NCBI RefSeq assembly: GCF_020745735.1
Contig: NC_083430.1
Coordinates: 30,928,909 to 30,992,908, forward strand
Source: Hemiscyllium ocellatum
Lineage: Eukaryota
Reading direction: 5' to 3'
DNA length: 64,000 nucleotides
The position numbers were made by a program, and so were the translations under genes. Below, one piece after another: positions 59,693 to 64,000 of the stretch. The first letter of the stretch is position 1; each line of letters begins with the position of its first letter. The notes under the pieces were generated by a model. The model made no database searches. It saw only the letters and a list, made by a program, of their open reading frames with translations, and was not told the origin of the DNA.

Positions 59693-60620
59693 CTAGATTC
59701 ATAGTTCCTTGAAAGTGGAGTCACAGGTAGATAAGATAGTGAAGAAGGTATTTGATTACTTACAGTGTGGAAACAGGCCCTTTGGCCCAACAAGTCCACA
59801 CCAACCCTCCAAAGAGGAGCCCATTCCCCCTTCACCTAACATTACAGGCAATTTAACCAATTCACCTAACCTGCACATTTTTGGAGTGTGGGAGGAAACA
59901 TACAGATATGGGGAGAATGTGCAAACTCCACAAAGACAATTGCCTGAAGTGGGAATTGAACGCAGATCTCTGGCACTATGAGGCAACAGTACTAACCACT
60001 GAGCCACCATACCGCCCCAGCAACAGCGCTTGCCTTTATTGGTCAGTTTGTTGATGATGGGAGCTGGGAAGTCATGCTGCAGCTGTACAGGACATTGGTT
60101 ATGCCACTTTTGGAGTATTGTTTGCAATTCTGAACACCCTACTGTAGGAAGGATGTTGTGAAACTTGAAAGGGTTCAGAAAAGATTTATGAGAATGTTGC
60201 CAGGCTTGGATGCTTTGAGCTACAGGGAGAGGCTGAATAGGCTGAGGCTATTTTCCCTGGAGGGTCAGAGGCTGAGGGGTGTCGTTATAGAGGTTTACAA
60301 AATCATGAGGGGCATGAATAGGGTAAGTACCTGGGGTGGGGGAGTCCAAAACATAAGGTAAAGGTGAGAAGAGAAAGATATAAAAGGAACCTAAGAGGCA
60401 ACTTTTTCACGAAGAGGGTGGTGCGTATGTGGACTGAGTAGCTCAAGGAAGTGGTGGAAGCTGGCACATTTAGAACATTTAAAAGGCATCTGGATGGGTA
60501 TATGAATAGGAAGGGTTTAGAGGGATATAGGCCAGATGCTGGCAAATTTATATAGGCTATCTGGTCAGCATGGACGAGTTAGATTGAAGCATCAGTTTCC
60601 GTGCTGAATATCTCTATGAC
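59693..60620 (+). mobile_element. CR1/HER1 3' fragment with nested SINE
   Basis: LKVESQVDKIVKK ... KLERVQKRFMRMLPGL; 3' UTR. Confidence 0.88.
59753..60020 (-). mobile_element. HE1-type V-SINE nested in CR1
   Basis: Reverse-complement SINE interrupting the CR1 frame. Confidence 0.88.
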
Positions 60621-60689
60621 CGATAGTCCTCGTGTCATCTGCTATTGGAAAAGGCTTTTCTTTGTTTGCTTCTTCTAGAATTGTCGTAA

Positions 60690-60820
60690 TTGCTCATAAA
60701 GGGCTTATGCCCGAAACAGTCAAATCCCTTGCTCCTCAGATGCTGTCTAACCTGCTATGCTTTTCCAGCACCACACCTTTTGACTCTGATCTCCAGCATC
60801 TGCAGTCCTCGTTTTCTCAT
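60690..60820 (+). mobile_element. PLE tail fragment
   Basis: AAGGGCTTATGCCCGAAAC...CTCTGATCTCCAGCATCTGCAGTCCTC. Confidence 0.75.
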
Positions 60821-61309
60821 AATCCTCTACACCACAGGTGTCCCTTCAGTTACTTACAGCCTTAGAAAATCTTAATAGAAAAAAAATTATAAATCTATTT
60901 TCTACAAAATATGTGGCTGATAATTTCCGAATAATTCATGGAAAAAATACTGATGTTTCATTGGAACATAACCACTGTTCAGGTGAAAGGTCTGTAGGAG
61001 TGGATTAAATTACAGCTGACTAGCTATAAACAACAAAAAATGGGTGAAATTAGGTGAACAGAAAACTTTAAATGAAAAACAAAATATTCCCTGTTTGTCA
61101 CAAATATTCTGATGAAGAAGTATCCCATTATCAGCCATTTGTGCCTTGTTGATGATAGAAGAGCTTTGGCAAGTAAGCAAACGTGTCACTTGTCACAGAA
61201 AATTCAGCTTTATATTTGTTCTTGTTGACACAAGATTTATATGTCTTGATGATGAGAGATTCTATTATGATGTCCCATTAATATCAAGGGAAATCCACAC
61301 TGACAGTGT

Positions 61310-62000
61310 TCCTAAACTAAACGTCCTACCTGCCTGCGCTTGGCACATATCCCTCCAAACCTTTCCTAGTCATGAACTTATCCAAATGTCTTTTAAATGG
61401 TGTAACTGTACCTACATCCACCACTTTTTTCTGGCAGCTTATTCCACACACAAACCATTCTCTGCATTAAAAAGTCACCCCTTATGTCCCTTTTAAATCT
61501 CACTCCTTATAACTATGCTCCCTAGTTTTGAACTCCTCAATCCCAGGGAAAAGACCCTTGTCATTCACCTTATCTATGCCCCTCATGATTTTATAAACCT
61601 CAATAAGGTGACCCTCAACCTCCAGTGGAAAAAGTCCCAGTCTTTCCAGTGGATTTTTATGTCTCAAACCCTCAATTCCTGGCAACATCCTCGCAAATCT
61701 TTTCTGAACCCTCTACAGTTTAATAATATCCATCCTATAGTAGGGCGACCAGAACTGCACACAGTATTCCAGAAGAGGCCTCACCAATGTCCCATACAAC
61801 CTCAACATGATGTCTCAACTCCTATACTCAAAGATCTAAGTATATCGTTCTGTTCTCAACGCTACCCAGGGCCCTACTATTAATTGTACAAGTCCTGTCC
61901 TTGTTTGTATTACCAAAATGCAATACCTCACATTTATCCAAATTAAAGTCCATCTGCCACTCCTCAGGGTATTGACCCAATTTATTAAGATCTCTGTAAT
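61310..62000 (-). mobile_element. CR1 LINE 3' fragment
   Basis: MLPGIEGL...LGLF.LE..LIEVYKIMRGIDKV. Confidence 0.85.
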
Positions 62001-62029
62001 GTTAGCTAGTTAAACTCTGTCTTGATGGA

Positions 62030-63470
62030 GATGGTCATTACCTGTCATTACAATTCCCCTCCAAGGCATACACCACCTTAACTTGGAACCATGTTGCTTT
62101 TTCTTCACTTCCACTGGACCAAAAAGCCTGGAGCTCTTCCTAACAGCATTGAAGATGTACAGCACATGGATTGTAGTGATTCAAGAAGGCAGTTCACTAC
62201 CATTTTCCTAAGGGCAGTAATGTATGGAAAATTACATCCCAGGAAGCAATATAAAACAAAAGTGTCACTTGTTACTTAACAGCCCAAAACCTCAATGTCT
62301 TCATTTCCTGAGGAGTTGAAAATAGAATGGAACACTGTAATAATTAGTGAACATCTTCATTTTCAACCTTATAGCGGACAGAAAGATAATTTGTGAGGCT
62401 GCTGAAGATGGTTGAGTTTAGAATACTATCATGTGAAACTCTGCAGTACTATCCTGACGCTGTTGATTAGCCCCAAAAGTTGTGTTAGGTATGATTTCAG
62501 CCCGTGAAAAATTTTCCACATGATTCTCATTGACGTTGTTTTTGAGCAGACTCCTGATGTCACACTACATCATATCTTTGTGCCAAGTGAAATCACACTC
62601 ATCTCAGCATAATTCAGTTGTTTTATCAATGGTTGGAGCTAGGCTATGGAGAGGCCTTGAAGCAAATGGTCCTGACATTGGTGAGCAAATTAAATTGACG
62701 ACAGCGTTGCTTTAAGCACTATCAATGACACCTCCCATCAATTTCCAATGTATGAGACTAATCTGATGAATTAATAAATAGAGTATTTTCTGCTTTTTGT
62801 GGGTAAGACATAGTTGGATTTTATTTTTTGCATTGTCAGGTAGATGTTTATGTTGTAGTTGTATTTGAAATGGCTTTGCTAGAACCACATCTAGTTTTGA
62901 AGCACACATGTTCAATACTGCAGCTGGTATATTGGTTGGACCATAGCCTTTGTTGTAATTAAAGCATTCAGCCATTTCTCGATGTGATGTGGAATTAATC
63001 AAACTGTTTTAAGATTGGTTTCTTTGATTCTAGGAATCTTAGAAAGAGGCTGAAATGGATTATGCAGCGTTTCTGGCTGAAGATGGTTCCAATTGCTTCA
63101 ACCTTGTGTTTTGCGTTCATGTTTTGGTCCCTGCTGGCATTGAGAATGGAAAAAGCTCACAAAGACCTCTTCTCCTGTCAGTTGTTAAGTGCTTGTTATC
63201 ATTCATGTCTGCAAGAGGCAGGCATGCAGAGATTTGTTCTGATCCATGTGGGATGGCTTCTCTCTATCAGTTGTATGCTGCTTCTAGTTAGTTGGCATGT
63301 AGTTCTGCACTGTAGCTCCAACAACTTGTCATCTCATCTGTGGATATATCTATGCCACATAGACTGCAACAATTCAAGAAGGAGGCTAACCGCCACCTTC
63401 TCGAGGGCAAAAAAGGATAGGTAATAATTGGAGGTCTAATTCGTGACCTCCACATCCTGTGAAAGAATAA
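62030..63470. mobile_element. Degenerate LINE (CR1/L2 group) fragments in both orientations
   Basis: GPTNIPAAVL.MCA..L...LAK.F remnant (ORF 62712..63002); TTCAAGAAGGCAG.TCAC.ACC 3' blocks. Confidence 0.55.
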
Positions 63471-64000
63471 AATAAGTTTGTATGATTAGATTCCCTTCAT
63501 ACCCCAAGGTATTCATTGTTTATAAAAGACCACATGTTCAGGAATTTTCCATGTTAGGCTGTCTAAGAATCAGTCATAGAAATGTTCTACTTTAGTAGAA
63601 TTTGGTATTGAAACTCAAGTTATGCAATTAAGCGGGTATTATTTGTATTTCTACCAACTGAACTGCTCTTCCAGTTGTAGTTGGTGTACAGTGGGTTAGA
63701 ACAGAGTTACTGCAATTTTCACAGTGAGCTAAACTTTCATCCAGAAACAGTACTGGAAGGAAAATTTGTAATCTTATAAAAACGTGCCCAAGAAATCTGT
63801 AATTGTTTTTAAGGATATTTGAAATGGACTTTTAAGAGTTTGCATCAACTGTAAGGCAATCAGTAGTAAATTTTATGGATATCAAGGAATACTGACCCAA
63901 ATGACATATTTACCCTTAACTTGGAAACAGTCCCTAACAGGAAGAAAGTTACAAAAGAAGGCATGTGGCTGGCAGAGAGCTGCTACTACAAAGGGGAGCT

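Noticed and set aside
59107-64000. Next mgst3b exon (expected YP.MYS...FNCIQRAHQN)
   Set aside because: Searched by eye and not found; presumably beyond the window

Overview
Eukaryotic (vertebrate) genomic DNA. The repeat complement (HE1/V-SINE-type SINEs, CR1/HER1 LINEs, Penelope-like elements) points to a shark, which is an inference. Three genes are recognisable. (1) A complete 7-exon SYF2 on + (CDS 3011..15088, 238 aa). (2) A complete RSRP1 on - (promoter ~57250, stop 47300), tail-to-tail with SYF2. (3) The 5' coding part of an MGST3/mgst3b-like gene on + (~58793/58951..59106), head-to-head with RSRP1. A fourth, unidentified gene may run leftwards from the SYF2 CpG island (RFX X-box, candidate exons). 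The ~31 kb between the SYF2 and RSRP1 3' ends is mostly transposon debris, plus a 1.46-kb 23-bp minisatellite, a CTCF motif and a tRNA-Thr pseudogene. The most unusual signals are a family of short, TSD-flanked fold-back elements built from hammerhead-ribozyme-bearing Penelope tails (one carrying an unrelated 36-36-36 inverted-repeat cargo), and possible splice/uORF switches at the 5' ends of RSRP1 and mgst3b. There is no evidence for a prokaryotic-type system such as CRISPR. Exon coordinates were read by hand from splice sites and frame. Repeat boundaries are approximate and family calls are by recognition, not database search.
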